Source: Dimorphilus gyrociliatus (taxonomy: Eukaryota; Animalia; Annelida). From it: a stretch of DNA of 64,000 bases. Every line of letters starts with the position of its first letter. Within the stretch, counting starts at the first letter, position 1. Location: contig CAJFCJ010000011.1 in NCBI GenBank assembly GCA_904063045.1, forward strand, positions 1,238,598 through 1,302,597, read 5' to 3'. Positions 11,092-24,525 of this stretch are shown piece by piece. Below the pieces are notes generated by a model, which worked only from the letters and a program-made list of their open reading frames with translations, searched no databases and was not told the DNA's origin. Both the position numbers and the translations under genes were made by a program.

Positions 11092-14000
11092 ATGTTTATT
11101 GAACTTATTACAACGTTATTTTTATTATTTACATACGGTGATTGTTTAAGAACGAATAAACAGACATGTGAACTATGCAAATCGTTCCCTTGGAAAGATT
11201 GGACTGATCAATCGCCTTGTTCATTTATTTGTCCATGGTTAGAAAAAAGAAACGAATGTCGTAATAACAATGGAGGCTGCGAACAAAATTGTTCAGATAA
11301 AATGGATGGCTATATCTGTTCCTGTAATGATGGAAAAATTCTATCTGCTGATAATCATAGTTGTCTAGGTTGTATATTAAATTCCTTATATTGTTATCTA
11401 TTTATTGGATTTTTATCTTGAATTTAGACGCTTTTTGTTGGCCAAACATAAAAAAAGATAATGATCGTTGCGACTGTGAAGAGAATTTCATTAGCAAAGG
11501 CCACTATTGTGACATGGCTATAACGGGTATTAAAATATTAAAATATGTAACTTTACAACGGTTTCTTATCTTTTATACCTTATTTCTATTTAGATAACAC
11601 TAAGCCACAATATAAAAATTGTAAAATAACAATAACTTCTCAAGATAAAATTTCTTCAAAAGACGACAATAATTGGTGTATAGACAAATCTCCTTTGTCG
11701 CAATTTAATTCAATACCTGTTAAAGTCTCTTATCTTATGGAAATTGCATTTAAAAGTATTAATACCTCGATTAATTTTAATAATGATAAGTTTACTTTAG
11801 TAATCTCAAATTTTGGTTTAATTGATGCGAATATAATCTTTACTAGAAGGGATTATCACTCAAGTAACTATTAATAACAATATAAACTATAACTAAATGT
11901 ATTATGTAAACGTTTTCAGAGGAATTAATTGATAAGAAAGAGATTAAAGAATCAAACTGTAAGCCATTAATCTATTCAAAAAATAACCCTGTCATAAACG
12001 TAATTTGCTCTGGAAATTATGATTTTTCCAATGTTAAAAGCGATGAAATGTAAAGTTATTCTAAATATTTTAAAGTTTTTTTAATAAGCTGTCATAATAT
12101 TTAGATTCTGCATTGAATTCAAGTCGTCGTCTGGCGGTTTTGCTGTGTTTAAGAGAAGAAATATTTCAAATAACTTGAATTCAATTGTTAAACAATATTT
12201 CGGTCCAATCAATAATTTCGTTACCCAATGTGTAAACATTAACGTACCACCACAACATTGTTCCTTCACTAATAAGTGTTCAGATAAGCCTCTTGAGGTT
12301 AAATGTAACGGTGATAATGAAGTAATTGTAATTCTCTCAGGCTGGAGTGACCCAATTTATCCAGATTTACAAGTTTGGATTACTCGTGAAAATATACCGA
12401 TTGCTACAGCTAGAAGACTTGCAATTATCAGTAATAATGTAACGGAACCCTATATTGAATCAAAAGAATATTCCTTGAACGGTAAATTGGAAGAGGGCCA
12501 TGTTAAAATTCAACTAGAACTTAAAAATTCAAATAATGACGTCAACACACTTAATGCCTATATTAGAGTTAAAAAAGTTTCTACGAAAGACAAAGTAGAC
12601 TTTCAATGTACAAAAGTTCCATCACTGAAAATCTTTGAAGATGAAACAGTTGAAAACCTGCCTCAATGACATTTTATAAAAATAAATTTGTTTAAAAATA
12701 GGCTTATGAAAGGAGATTTTATATAATAAAATCAATTATCAACTATGTATATTCAATAAAATCTTATTGTACTTTTGAACAGAGAAGCTACAGATTTCAG
12801 TCATTTGTAATTCTTTTGCAGACAGTTGAACATTAAAAGATGTTTTTCATAGTTTTCTTATTAACATTTAATATAATAAAAGGTAAAATCTTCTAATTTT
12901 TCTCTATATAACAAATAGAAAATGTAAAATTATTAAATATTATCTTTTGAAATCAAGCTAATGAATCAGTGGGAAAGCTCAACATCTATTTTGATATACC
13001 TAAGACTTTAGTAAGGGGAAATGTTGTTTATAATCCGATAGTTCACTTAGATGGTGATGGTTTGTGCGAGTTTGTATTTTATTTCAATTAAATAAATAAG
13101 AAAGTTATTAATATTTCTTAATATTTCAATAATAATAATAATTTATGTAAACAGAGTTGTTTATAGAGATAATGTCTTCTATAAATTTGAGATTAAAGGA
13201 AGAAATCGTATGAAAGCTGCAAGTTTAACTAGAAACGTTCGAGCACTTCTGATCAAAAATACAAATGATAAGAACATTTCCGAAACAAAGATCGTAATAA
13301 ATTGTACAGATATTTTCGACAATAAGCCTATGGAATTTATAAAAGTTATTAAAATTATCGATTCTACTGGTTAAGTACTATATATATATATATATATACA
13401 TGTATATATAAACTATTCTATTAGATTAATATAATGAAACTCTTTTAGATTTTTCTAATTATCCAATATCAAGATTTCAAATAGTGGTCAATCCCATATT
13501 GTACAGCAATGATGAAATAAATATAAAGTACCTAACGAATCCCGGAAAAGGCTATTGCAAGTTGTTAATTTCTCTTTTTCTAATTTAATTTTCGTGGAAA
13601 TTTTAATATCAATAGAATATCTTATTTGTAGGGATTATTATTCAATTGAAGAAGATATATATAATATTCCTAAAGGATTATCAAATGGTTCTTTTTCTCC
13701 TAAAATAGAAGATGTTTTCTTAAACGATAAAAATTCAACTATTTTTAAGATGCATTGTTACGATACAACAAATAATTCCATAAAAACTTATGGAATTCCT
13801 CTAAGTTTATTCAATTTTCAAGAGAATCGTATGTTTATTTACTTGATTAGAGATATATTAAATCCAATAAGTAAACAATATTACAGCCAACAGCAATAGT
13901 TCACCACCCCGATTATTGATATCCTATTATCCAGAACTATTAGAGGGAGAGTACAGTATTGTTAGAATTAGCATATCTAATATAGAACAAGATTGGAGAT

Positions 14001-14898
14001 GTCGGTAAGGATTAGTTAAGAGTATATTTGAAAACTTAATGTTTTTAACACTAATATTGACTAAAGGGTCTATTTATCGGATACCGATGATGCAATACTA
14101 ATTGGTAAAACTGAAAATACGTTTAAAAGTGAATTATCAATATTGATTAAAGCGTTAAATGATGATATAGAAGAAGGAGATGAAACAAAGAAACTTTATA
14201 TAGAATGTAAAGGAAATTCATTTGAAAATGTTGAAAACATTCAATTTATTATTAGAAATGTTGAAAATTATAAAGAAAATTTTCCCTATATCATGCAAAC
14301 TATTAATCATTATTTAAACTTTCATGTTTGTTATCTAATTTATAGTTTTCCAACAGAATGGTTAAATATTTATGAGGTGGAAGGTATTTTATCAATCTAT
14401 GGGAGAATTTTTAGATATCATTATATAAATCATATCAAAATTATATCCAAATATGGTAATATAACTATTACAACAAAAGGTTTTAAAATATTTAAAAGAT
14501 CATTTACAAATTGGAAATTAATTACTAAAAATGAACATTTAAGAGAGAATTTAACTAGTATAACTATTAATGAAAATGCTTTAACTATTAGCCTTTACTC
14601 TATAGACATTACAATTGAGATAATTAATATATTCGATAGAATAAGCGATAAATACCTTAATATATACGTTAATGATAATTGGAAGGTTTATAAACATTTA
14701 AGTGGTTTGTTGGGTTCAATTAAGAAAAATAGAATAGAACTGTGTAATAAAAACAAGAAAAGTTGTATTAAAATCAATGGACATTTAATTGAAAGTTCTA
14801 TAGAAAATAGAGGGAATAGATCTTGTTGGATTTTAGATATGAATGATATGTTGGGGAATGATTTTCCACATGATTTCCTAATGAAAGATGAACCGTAA
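11092..14898 (+). CDS. Secreted multi-exon protein: EGF-like domains, Calx-beta-like motif and C-terminal ITI-heavy-chain-C/VWD-like domain
   Basis: Signal peptide MFIELITTLFLLFTYGDC; Ca-EGF-like NECRNNNGGCEQNC...CSCNDGKILSADNHSC; NDDIEEGDET resembles Calx-beta; terminal exon has YLNIYV...SGLLG, resembling ITI_HC_C. Middle exons only partly resolved. Confidence 0.6.
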
Positions 14899-15004
14899 AA
14901 TTACTTTCCTTTTTTGTATCTATTTAACTAAAAACATGTATTGAAATGCTGCTCTATTTCTCATTCTAATCCGTCATTTACTATTTGTAATTAGTATATA
15001 AACA

Positions 15005-15100
15005 TCCCAGATGGTCTAGGGGTTAGGATTCCCGGCTTTCATGAAGCTAATAATACTTCAAAGATCCCGGGCGGCCCGGGTTCGATTCCCGGTCTGGGAG
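15005..15100 (+). tRNA. tRNA-Glu-TTC: tRNA-Glu (TTC) with 24-nt intron (15042-15065)
   Basis: Identical exons; intron TGAAGCTAATAATACTTCAAAGAT; T-run downstream. Confidence 0.93.
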
Positions 15101-15626
15101 TTTATTTTTTTTCTATAGTACAAGAGTCTTTTCAGCAAAACTCTAAAGTGACAAATTTTTTATAAAATAAATGAATAATCTATTATTTATTGATAAGTGA
15201 AAAAAAAATTTCATTGTGTAGCCATTCCACAACGTATACTTTGTCCAATAAACATCAACCACTCATAAGCTCATTGAACAAGCTCTCAATGTTTGTGTGA
15301 TATTTCATTCTTTTTTTTATAATACCTTGTATAAAAGTTCCATTTTATAGATATAATGAAAAATGTTTTTTAATCTTATGCTATTATTGTAAATTTTGCA
15401 GTAACACATTAATAATTTGCCTAATAAATTTTAACGAATAATAGATCAATTGTTAAACAAAAGAGTTCGACGCTTAATTCTTCTTATTTTATTAATTTAT
15501 CAACTATCTACCTCAGTACTTCAATATATAATCATAAAATTCGTTACTTTCTAATAAAAGACATAAAAGACAACATGCGCTTCTAATAGTATCGTTTCTT
15601 GCTATTACCTTTAAAATAGTGAGAAA

Positions 15627-17789
15627 ATGAAAGCAGAAGCGTATCTCTTCATACTAACAGTAGGTAGGTTTCTGTTTATTTAATTGGTGTAATATTTTTT
15701 TACAAAGCTAAAATCTCCTAAGGATTTTCTGCGGCTGAAAATCTTGCGAGGAACAAAATATCATATCAGTATACTACAAACTCTAATAACTATCCTATGT
15801 ACGGAAACGATGATAAAATCAGCATTGATTGCTTGGTAACTTAATTAAAAATTCTCTTTTCATTTGGATTAATCATAATTTACTATAGGCACCGAATAAA
15901 TGTTCAAAAACTCACGGATTAACAAACGAAATAGCTTGGTGGACTGTTGATTTGGAAAAAATTTATCATGTTCAAAAAGTTTGCGTGTTAAATGTCAATT
16001 TTGATTCATGTTAGTTTTTTTCTGTATTCAAATAACTGAAATGGCTGATATTCAAGTATTTTCTTGAAATAATAGATACAGATTTGAAAGATATAAAGAT
16101 ATACGTATCGGATCTTCCTGCAAATGAAACGAATTTATGTATAGCTTCAACTGGAACTGTTAAACGTCCAGTTTCTACAGCATTTTCAGAATATAAATGC
16201 TTCGAATGTTTAAACGTTGTTACAGGATCATTCGTAACCTTAAAACTTAATGAAAGCGGTGACAGCTTAAATTTGGCTGATGTTCAAGTGTTTGGTTCCT
16301 TTGAAGCTGAAAGATGTATTATAATTGAAATTTTTGTGTTATATGATGTTTACTGTTTGGTTATACAGCTTTCAGCTATTTCAAACCGAAAATGGAGAGA
16401 CATTATCACGGGAAATCCTGCGACGTTAGATACGCTTATCAAGCTACGGATGGAAAGTACACATCTCACGCAGTTACACGATGTCAAGGTACCGTTATGA
16501 TGAAAAGGCCTTATATTCGTATTGATTTTGAAAAAGTACTAAAACTCTTCGGAATAGTTTACATTCCAAGACGGGCAGGTAAAAAATTTTTTGTCGATTA
16601 AGATATTTAATCATTTATTTATAATTTCTTTCTATAAGATATCTCTTATCGGAGAACAAGAGACATATACATAACTATGAAAAATACTCCAGAGACATAT
16701 TTCGATCCTGATATTCAATATTGTATTAAGAACTTCTTTGCCAGTAGCTTTCTAGGCTATTTTCAAACGCACATTCTCTGGTGTGAAAAAATTGTCAGCG
16801 GTAGATATTTCACTCTCGTTAGGGACAAGGTTGGAGACACAACTGTTGTCCTGGAAACAGCTGAAATATATATATACGCCGGTGAAGATACAAATCCTGT
16901 TAAAAGTATAATTTTATAGAATTATATCATTCTTAAGATATTTACATTCCCTCAATTTTTTCCTTAGCAAACGTAAACAACAAAAAGAATTCCATTATTA
17001 AAATACTAGAAGATAATTCAAACGTTGATACTATGGTTTACGATAATATATATTTTAATCCCTCTGCAGCATATGAAGTAAATCTTCCAAGTAACATAGA
17101 ATGGATTATCAGTACAAATGCTATAGGAATAAATTCAGTTTGTCTCACAGGTAAATTAATTGTTCATGAGTTCAATTTATTAAAAACAACTATCTCGTGT
17201 TATTATTCACTTCAGTCGCTCATGATAAAATTTCTTTAACAACAAACCAAATATACGTTAGAGATATGTTGACGGATAATATTTTAAAGGGAGAAACACC
17301 AACTGATTTCAGATACGAACAAACTCTTTGCGTTGTCTTCAATTTTACTTTTACAAAGGAAATAAAGATTTTAACAACTCAAGGAAAACCTATCGCTGAA
17401 GTTGATTTAATGGCTGAATCTTTTATTTATAAAGGAGGTAATTGAAAAACATAAAAAGAAATAACGCACAATTGCATATTAAATATTCTATCTTATTGTT
17501 AGGTAATACCAAATGTAAATCGTATCTTGTGGATACGATTTCCTTTAGTGTATCAGAAATTAATCCTTGGATCTACGTACAAATTGAAGCCGATTCTTTT
17601 GAACTGTCGCCTGATGTTGTTTTAGAATCAACTTTAGATAAAGTTCAAAAGCATTGTTCAAAGATTTCAAACACGGAAATATCAACTTCAACAGTAGAGT
17701 TTTTTAAGTGTGCCAACTCTGGAAATCAGTTAAATATCTATTCAAAAATAGTTCAAACGAATTCCTACGTATTAAATGCATATAAATAA
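15627..17789 (+). CDS. Secreted tandem F-type lectin (FTP/F5-8C-like) domain protein
   Basis: Signal exon MKAEAYLFILTV spliced to GFSAAENLARNK. FTP hallmarks CSKT...AWWTVDLEKIYHVQKVCVLN and ...LNLADVQVFG. Further divergent domains (PYIRIDF, SGRYFTL...AEIYIY). Confidence 0.75.
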
Positions 17790-18031
17790 TAATATTACCA
17801 AATACCTGTGTTATGAAGAGATGATAACTCCTAATCAAAACTCAAATACACCTAATGATATCATTACGAGAATATTTGAGTACATAATACATTATATATT
17901 ATTATTATTCATTTGATATATGCCTATCTGTTTATTAGTTTATCTTAAGAATTGTGTAAATTGTATCTATTAGGGTTTTAAATGTATATAGATGATGGTT
18001 TGTTATGATTTGTATATTTTAAATTTCTATA

Positions 18032-18928
18032 TTATCTAGGTATACCTCTTTCCCAATTCGACTTTACATAAGAGCTATTTTTGTACGAATTTGTCCATTT
18101 GAACGCATACACTTTTCCTTTAAAATCAAATGGACTGCATAAACTTGAACAGGATCCAATATATAAATCTGAATCAGATACTCGTCCTAAAACGATCTTT
18201 GAACCAATTTTTTCACCATCTTGATAATAATCAACTTCCTTTCTATTAGAATTATAACTTAGAGTAAGAAAGCTGAAAGGATATTTAGGAGCCTGTGCAG
18301 TTATTAGAAAATAATTCAAACTATTGTATGCCATTAGAATTAGTCCTTTGCCACTTTTTGACAATTTAAAACCAGTATGTTTATGTTTAATGAAACAATA
18401 GAGCGATTTAGTACCGATATCTAAAGGAAAATCATATTGTACAATTATTTCAACAGTATAATCTCCGGTGTGTTCTAAATCACTATCAGAGGATATCTTG
18501 AGAAGAAATTCCGTATTAGTATATATTCTATTAAAATAAATAGTGAACGTACTAACCAATAATTTATCTCCTTTATCAAAATATATTGAGCCATCTGCTT
18601 CAAATGTTGCACTAGTACCGTAAATGGTACCGGATTTATTTCTGTCACTTTGATCTTGAATAACAGTTAAATCAGCGATATTTGATTTTTGATGATATTG
18701 AAACCAATCGAATAGCAAAACTGTTTCATTATCTTTAAATAGCCATTGATCTCTTGCATGAACTAAAATATTTAGGTAATTTAATATAAACTTTACAATG
18801 TATACCTATATCTACAGTATATATAAAAACTATTTGTTGCAGTAGGATTATTAAACAATATTCTCACCTAAACACTTATCGTATAAAATTAATAAATGTA
18901 TAATAAAACATTTTATAAAGCAATTCAT
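18032..18928 (-). CDS. Secreted ConA-like/LamG-fold protein, copy 1 (3' end uncertain)
   Basis: Signal exon MNCFIKCFIIHLLILYDKCLG; ARDQWLFKDNETVLLFDWF; D.S...K.G, YTVEIIV, LTLSY...YYQDG, LYIG, DFKGKVYAFKW. Confidence 0.7.
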
Positions 18929-19654
18929 CCTAAACGAAACATAGAATGAAGAATAAAATGAAAACAGGAAGTATTTTAATTAAAAAAATATCAGTCAATT
19001 TTTAAGTTGTCTCCTCTCGCATTTATTTATGAAGATCAATCTTTTTTAATTTCCAGAATGGTAAAATATATCAGTTGTACATAGAAACAAATTTCTAGAT
19101 TAGTATTACCATACATCGGTTGTTTTCTCTCAATATTAAAAGTCTTCGGCTGTTTCTTCAAGCGCTTACAACGGAGAGGATAGTATTATTGGTCGACTCT
19201 TCAAAATGGATGATAAATAAAAGATTTAAATTGAAATCTATAGCGATATTAGACAAGAGAGAAGTAAGATGTCAAAAGCGTAGAGTTGAGAAGAGTAATG
19301 CTCCTCTTTAATTGTATTTCATTTCTGAAACAGAGCAAAAATAATAATTAAATGTTCATTAGAAAATTAAAGTTTACCATTCAAAGCCAATTTCAGAGTG
19401 ACCGTAATCTTCTTTGTCATAAAGATTATACGTAGTTTAAAACAAGCATTGATTTACACTGAATGTAGTTCGACGGTAATTGTACTCTTTTGATCATTCT
19501 CCAGTGGAAAGCTAGAGTGGTGCACAAAAAATGGCTGTCAGTCTTTATTTATGTTGTTTTAGCGTCAATTTGTATAGCACGATATGAGACAAAAACATAT
19601 AGGTTAACATTTCAGTTGTTTTTTATCTGTAAAATAAGATTATGAAAAAAATAT

Positions 19655-19726
19655 CTCCCAGACCGGGAATCGAACCCGGGCCGCCCGGGTGAAAGCCGGG
19701 AATCCTAACCCCTAGACCATCTGGGA
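19655..19726 (-). tRNA. tRNA-Glu-TTC: tRNA-Glu (TTC), intronless
   Basis: Reverse complement TCCCAGATGGTCTAGGGGTTAGGATTCCCGGCTTTCACCCGGGCGGCCCGGGTTCGATTCCCGGTCTGGGAG (72 nt). Confidence 0.97.
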
Positions 19727-19969
19727 CTTCTGACGGAAATCTTCTATACTAAATACAGATTCAAAATCAAATATTATTCAATTCTACTTGTCATCATTTA
19801 AAAAACGTTTCTTATAAAAAATAACATGAAATTTAACCTTGAATACAATTTTTTCAATGTCACAAGAATAACATTCCATTCAAGCATATTCAATATCCTT
19901 CTAAACATTTACAAAACGAGTTCAAAGTGTACGTTATTATTAATGCTAATATATGAAAAAAAAGATTAT

Positions 19970-20065
19970 CTCCCAGACCGGGAATCGAACCCGGGCCGCC
20001 CGGGACCTTTGAAGAATGATGAACTTCTTGAAAGCCGGGAATCCTAACCCCTAGACCATCTGGGA
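19970..20065 (-). tRNA. tRNA-Glu-TTC: tRNA-Glu (TTC) with 24-nt intron (20005-20028)
   Basis: Identical exons; intron AGAAGTTCATCATTCTTCAAAGGT. Confidence 0.93.
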
Positions 20066-20247
20066 TTTATAAATTATTATAATAGTTTCTAAAATGTTAT
20101 TAAAATGAATTAGGAAGAAACATCATTTATCTTCGTATTTAAAAGTAAGAGAAAAATGAAAGGAAAACATTTCTTTATGATGAAATAGTCTAATTGAACA
20201 ATTGAATTATTAATAATTATGTAAAACTAAAAAGAACAAAAAGTAAT

Positions 20248-20319
20248 CTCCCAGACCGGGAATCGAACCCGGGCCGCCCGGGTGAAAGCCGGGAATCCTA
20301 ACCCCTAGACCATCTGGGA
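20248..20319 (-). tRNA. tRNA-Glu-TTC: tRNA-Glu (TTC), intronless
   Basis: Identical to 19655-19726. Confidence 0.97.
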
Positions 20320-20594
20320 CTTATGAAGTATAAAACGAAGAAACTGTAAAAATTTGATGAAGTTTTAATTGGGAAGACTTAAGTATAATCTATCTGATTG
20401 AAAAACCTCTATCGTATAATTAATAGTGAAACGCTTAAAAATCTATTTTTAGATCTTTTGATATAAATGCAATAAGTAAAAATTCAGTCAAACCAGCAAT
20501 ATAAAGTATAGCATTGGATAATTTATATTCAAAACGTTGCAATCTCTAGTTATAAGCATTACGTAATATTGTTTTTTATTTTTTAAAAATTAAT

Positions 20595-20690
20595 CTCCCA
20601 GACCGGGAATCGAACCCGGGCCGCCCGGGATCTTTGAAATATTATGAACTTCTTGAAAGCCGGGAATCCTAACCCCTAGACCATCTGGGA
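20595..20690 (-). tRNA. tRNA-Glu-TTC: tRNA-Glu (TTC) with 24-nt intron (20630-20653)
   Basis: Identical exons; intron AGAAGTTCATAATATTTCAAAGAT. Confidence 0.93.
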
Positions 20691-20977
20691 TTCTTGACTT
20701 AGTTTAAATGAATTACTTTAATAAACACTTAATTTTTAAATCAATTATATCTAAATTTATATAAAAATACCAGAATAAATGTAATTTTTACAATCATTCG
20801 TTTGCTTCTTAACAATTCATTGATATTTAAATATGAATAATCTTTCGTTAATCTTTTATTTTCAATAATTCATATTTTCTAACAATACGCATGCGCTTGA
20901 AAAAGTTGTCTGCTAATGAATTCCCCTTTCAGGTGTTTTCCTGTTAATTGTTGGTTAAAGCATAGACGGTTGAATTT

Positions 20978-22600
20978 ATGCACTCATTAAAGTATTTAAC
21001 TTTAAATAGTATAGTTGGTTGTTTAGACAAATTACTGTTGAACAACAACAGTCTCACCTATTTACCGCATGGTTTAACCGAAGATATATTAGAATTTTTG
21101 GATAATAAGAGCACAGGCATTGAAGAAAGTTATTTGTCATATTTTTCTGTTGAGAAGGTTACATTGAGAAATGTCACCTTACATTGTAACCGAATTGTTA
21201 AGCCATCGTCAATGGAATTCTTGAGAAATCATCAATTAGAGACAATTTATGTGGAACATTTAACAGGTTCAAAAATTGAAAACTGGTTAAGTTTTGTCAA
21301 TGGAAAACATGTGAAAAATTTATACCTTAGGCAATGTATTTTTCAAGGTAACGAGGATTCCAAGTGCAATAGTTACGCTTTGATAAATGAGGTGCTTTGT
21401 CTCAGTTTTTTCGAGAATCTACTAACTTTGGATGTTAGCCTTACCGACTTACAGAATGTACACTTTCAATATATTTGCCATTCTATAAGACGTTTAAACG
21501 TTTTGAATATTAGTGGAACAAATGTTAACGATTTATTGCCTATTAAGAATTTAAAGAATTTGAAAATATTCTATTATTCCATTTGTAAAAATCATATTAT
21601 TATTAAGAATTTTAGTTCTCTTAATGAATTGGCATTTCTTAAAGAGATTTACATTGTTCAAAAGCATCAAATATCTTGGGAAGATGATGGTTTTATGACA
21701 CTTTTGAACCATGGCTATTGGAGATATTTAACCAGATTTAATGCATTTTATCAATGGTCTATAGACAAGAATACAATAGGGTAAATAACCAAAAATTGCT
21801 TGTTGAACAATGCCATTTCCTAAGAGTATTTTTCCTTTTTTAAACAGAAAATTTATTCAAAGGAATGCAAAATTGAATTTTTTCACACTCTATCAAGTAG
21901 AATCAAACGTTTGGGTGACATTTAGAGGTCGAAAAGGATATATTAAAGATATTAATAGCATCCGAGTAAAAATGTTAAATAATAATTATGAAATAACTAA
22001 ATGTCATTTCAATTTCTATATATCAAACAGATAAATTCTCGCTTAAATTATGATTTATTGAAAGAAATACTAAAGGAAAATAAGGATAATTGGTCAATTA
22101 TATTAGCTGCTTTACAGTCGCATTGTTGGGAAAACGAAAATGATTTACTAAAGAATCTAATTGAAAAAGAAGATAATGTAAATGTAGAGAAAACCACTCT
22201 AATAGAAGTAAGGATTATTATTAATTTCATCTTTTATCTTTATATATCTTTCTTTTAAAACATTAGGTTTTGGTTGATTTAATGAATTCTTATAAATTTC
22301 AATTATTCTATTTAAGAGTTTCAAAAGAAGATAATTCAAGTAGAATGATCTTTAAGGAAATAATTGAAATTTTAGAATTGTATGCATTGGCTAAAATATT
22401 CATTCCTTTACTGTTGAAATTCAAACTTTTTGAATTATCAATTCAAGCTTTAGAAGGTTTTTATTATTATAATTCATATTTTATACATATGTGGATGGTG
22501 GTATTAAACTATTGTAATGATGGATTATATATGGTAAATATATTTAATAAACATCCTTTATCCTATTACCTATAGCTATCCATATTTTCTCCAATCTTGT
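20978..22600 (+). CDS. ZYG11/ZER1-like LRR + ARM protein, copy 1 (3' end approximate)
   Basis: N-terminal SLKYLTLNSI resembles a BC/VHL box; LRRs LTLDVSLT, LNVLNISGT, LKNLKI; helical ARM-like exons follow. Confidence 0.62.
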
Positions 22601-23553
22601 AATAACAATTATGGAAAAGATGAATGGCTAATTATTTAAAGTAGATAGATAGCTATATATGTTATTTTCTTCATTTTAAAAGCTTAATCAAAATCAAAAA
22701 CTATCAATGGCAACGATACTCAACAGTATACTACAAATAACACAAACTCCATCTGTCGACTGTATCAAGTTATTATATAAAATTTTAACTAATGTATCTT
22801 ATAGAGAGGTATAGCTTATGGTCAAATAAAGATAAGTATAAATATTTAACATTTTCCATAACTAATAGATAGATGGTAAAAATACAAGAAGATTATTGAT
22901 GATTTCTCATACTTTTCTCAAATTTTCCTCTCATGCATACCACGATAGAGAACTTTCGGAAGAATTGAGAAAGACTGTCTTTTCATTGGGAAACATCTGC
23001 AAAGATATCACTAAATATTTTACAAAATGATATAGATAACATTTTGAATAATCCTTTGATATTAATAAAAAATATGTATAAAATCGCTTATAAGAATGAC
23101 TAATCAGTCGATTTATTAATTCGTTTTCATTATTCAATTATATTGAATATTTTCAATGTATATCTAACCGGCTCTAAGGAAAAAAGTAGAATTTTGATTA
23201 AGCATAGTTAAAGTAAGTTATAACTAGACTAAAAAATGACCGCTAGAATGAAGAGACGTTTCTAATTCGAATTTATTAGGCTTCACACAAACCTTTAACA
23301 GATATAACTGTATTAAATTTTTATTGATTTATGGAATAACTATGAGAATAAGTAAGACATTGACCATACATTTACAATATTTATCTTTCCTGCCAACACA
23401 AAGTATATTGAATGTTCAAATACGAAATGATTTTTTGTATCCCGATTGAGTTTGTCATTTGTTATCAATCATTGTTCCGAATATGACCTAAATTCGAATG
23501 TCTAACTTTTCTAATGTATATTTTCGGATAATATTCTAATTGAGACAAATTCA

Positions 23554-24392
23554 ATGACCTACTTATATATATCAATTTTAAAAATATTTAGCGTGTTTAT
23601 ATTATATAAAACAGGTAGAAATTTTACGATTTCTTTATTATTATAAAACTGCATTATGAAAAGGAATTAAATATAAGGTACAGCAAGAAGGCAATGGCTC
23701 TTTAAAGATGAGAATACCGTCCTTCTATTCGATTGGTTCAATATAAAGTCTAATTATTCTTTGGCCGCTGGATCAAAGGTTACTGATATTAGCGGAAAAA
23801 ACAAGAATGGTCAAGTAATGGGCTCAACTTTGAAATATATGGATGATGGATCACTCTATGTAGGCGACGGTGACGGAATGAAGGTAACCCTTTTGTTTAT
23901 CAAACAATGATTATTTTCTTTGAAGCTTCAAAAATACCTATTAGATCTTGTCTGACTCTGATTTGGAGCCAACTAGTGACAACACTTTGGAAATAATCGT
24001 CCATTTTGAATCAACAATATTAAATACAGCTTCGTACTCATATTTAAAGAAAGACCAAAATGGCTATAAAATTACTCCATCATCCGGGTATACGACAATA
24101 GCAATACCAACTGGTTCGAAGGATCATTTTAATGCAAATATTTCAAAAGTAGAGAAACATCTTAGTTACTTGGCAGTAACAATAGATTATCAGAGTAAAA
24201 TTGCTCATTACTATAAAAATGGTGTCAAGTATGGACAGAATGTAATTTCTGGAGCTGTATCATCTACACCACTTCTTCTTGGCTTTTGCGATGGCTGGTG
24301 TGGAACTAGCGATTTTCAAGGGAAAATATACGCTTTTAAATGGTCAAATTCTTATAAAACCGCTTCACATTTCGAAAATATTTGGATTGATG
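23554..24392 (+). CDS. Secreted ConA-like/LamG-fold protein, copy 2 (last exon not resolved)
   Basis: Signal-like exon MTYLYISILKIFSVFILYKT; exon 2 ARRQWLFKDENTVLLFDWF; exon 3 ILSDSDLE...DFQGKIYAFKWSNSYK. Clear paralog of 18032-18928. Confidence 0.72.
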
Positions 24393-24525
24393 GTAAGTTG
24401 TTAATGTTTTTTATAATAAATTTTAAGTCACATATTCATCTTAATATAACAAAACAAAACACACAAACCTGCTTGAAACTTTGAGGTAGGTTAATCAAAC
24501 CAATAATAACACTAAACACTTCAAA

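Noticed and set aside
19826-20047. 73-aa ORF in the track
   Set aside because: Runs antisense through a tRNA-Glu gene; a shadow ORF.
19655-20690. Regularly spaced near-identical repeats suggesting a CRISPR array
   Set aside because: The repeats are 72-96-nt tRNA genes in a eukaryotic context; no cas genes.
22931-23137. Minus-strand ORF possibly a third ZYG11-like fragment
   Set aside because: Resemblance is too weak, no start or splice structure found, and flanking frames contain stops.
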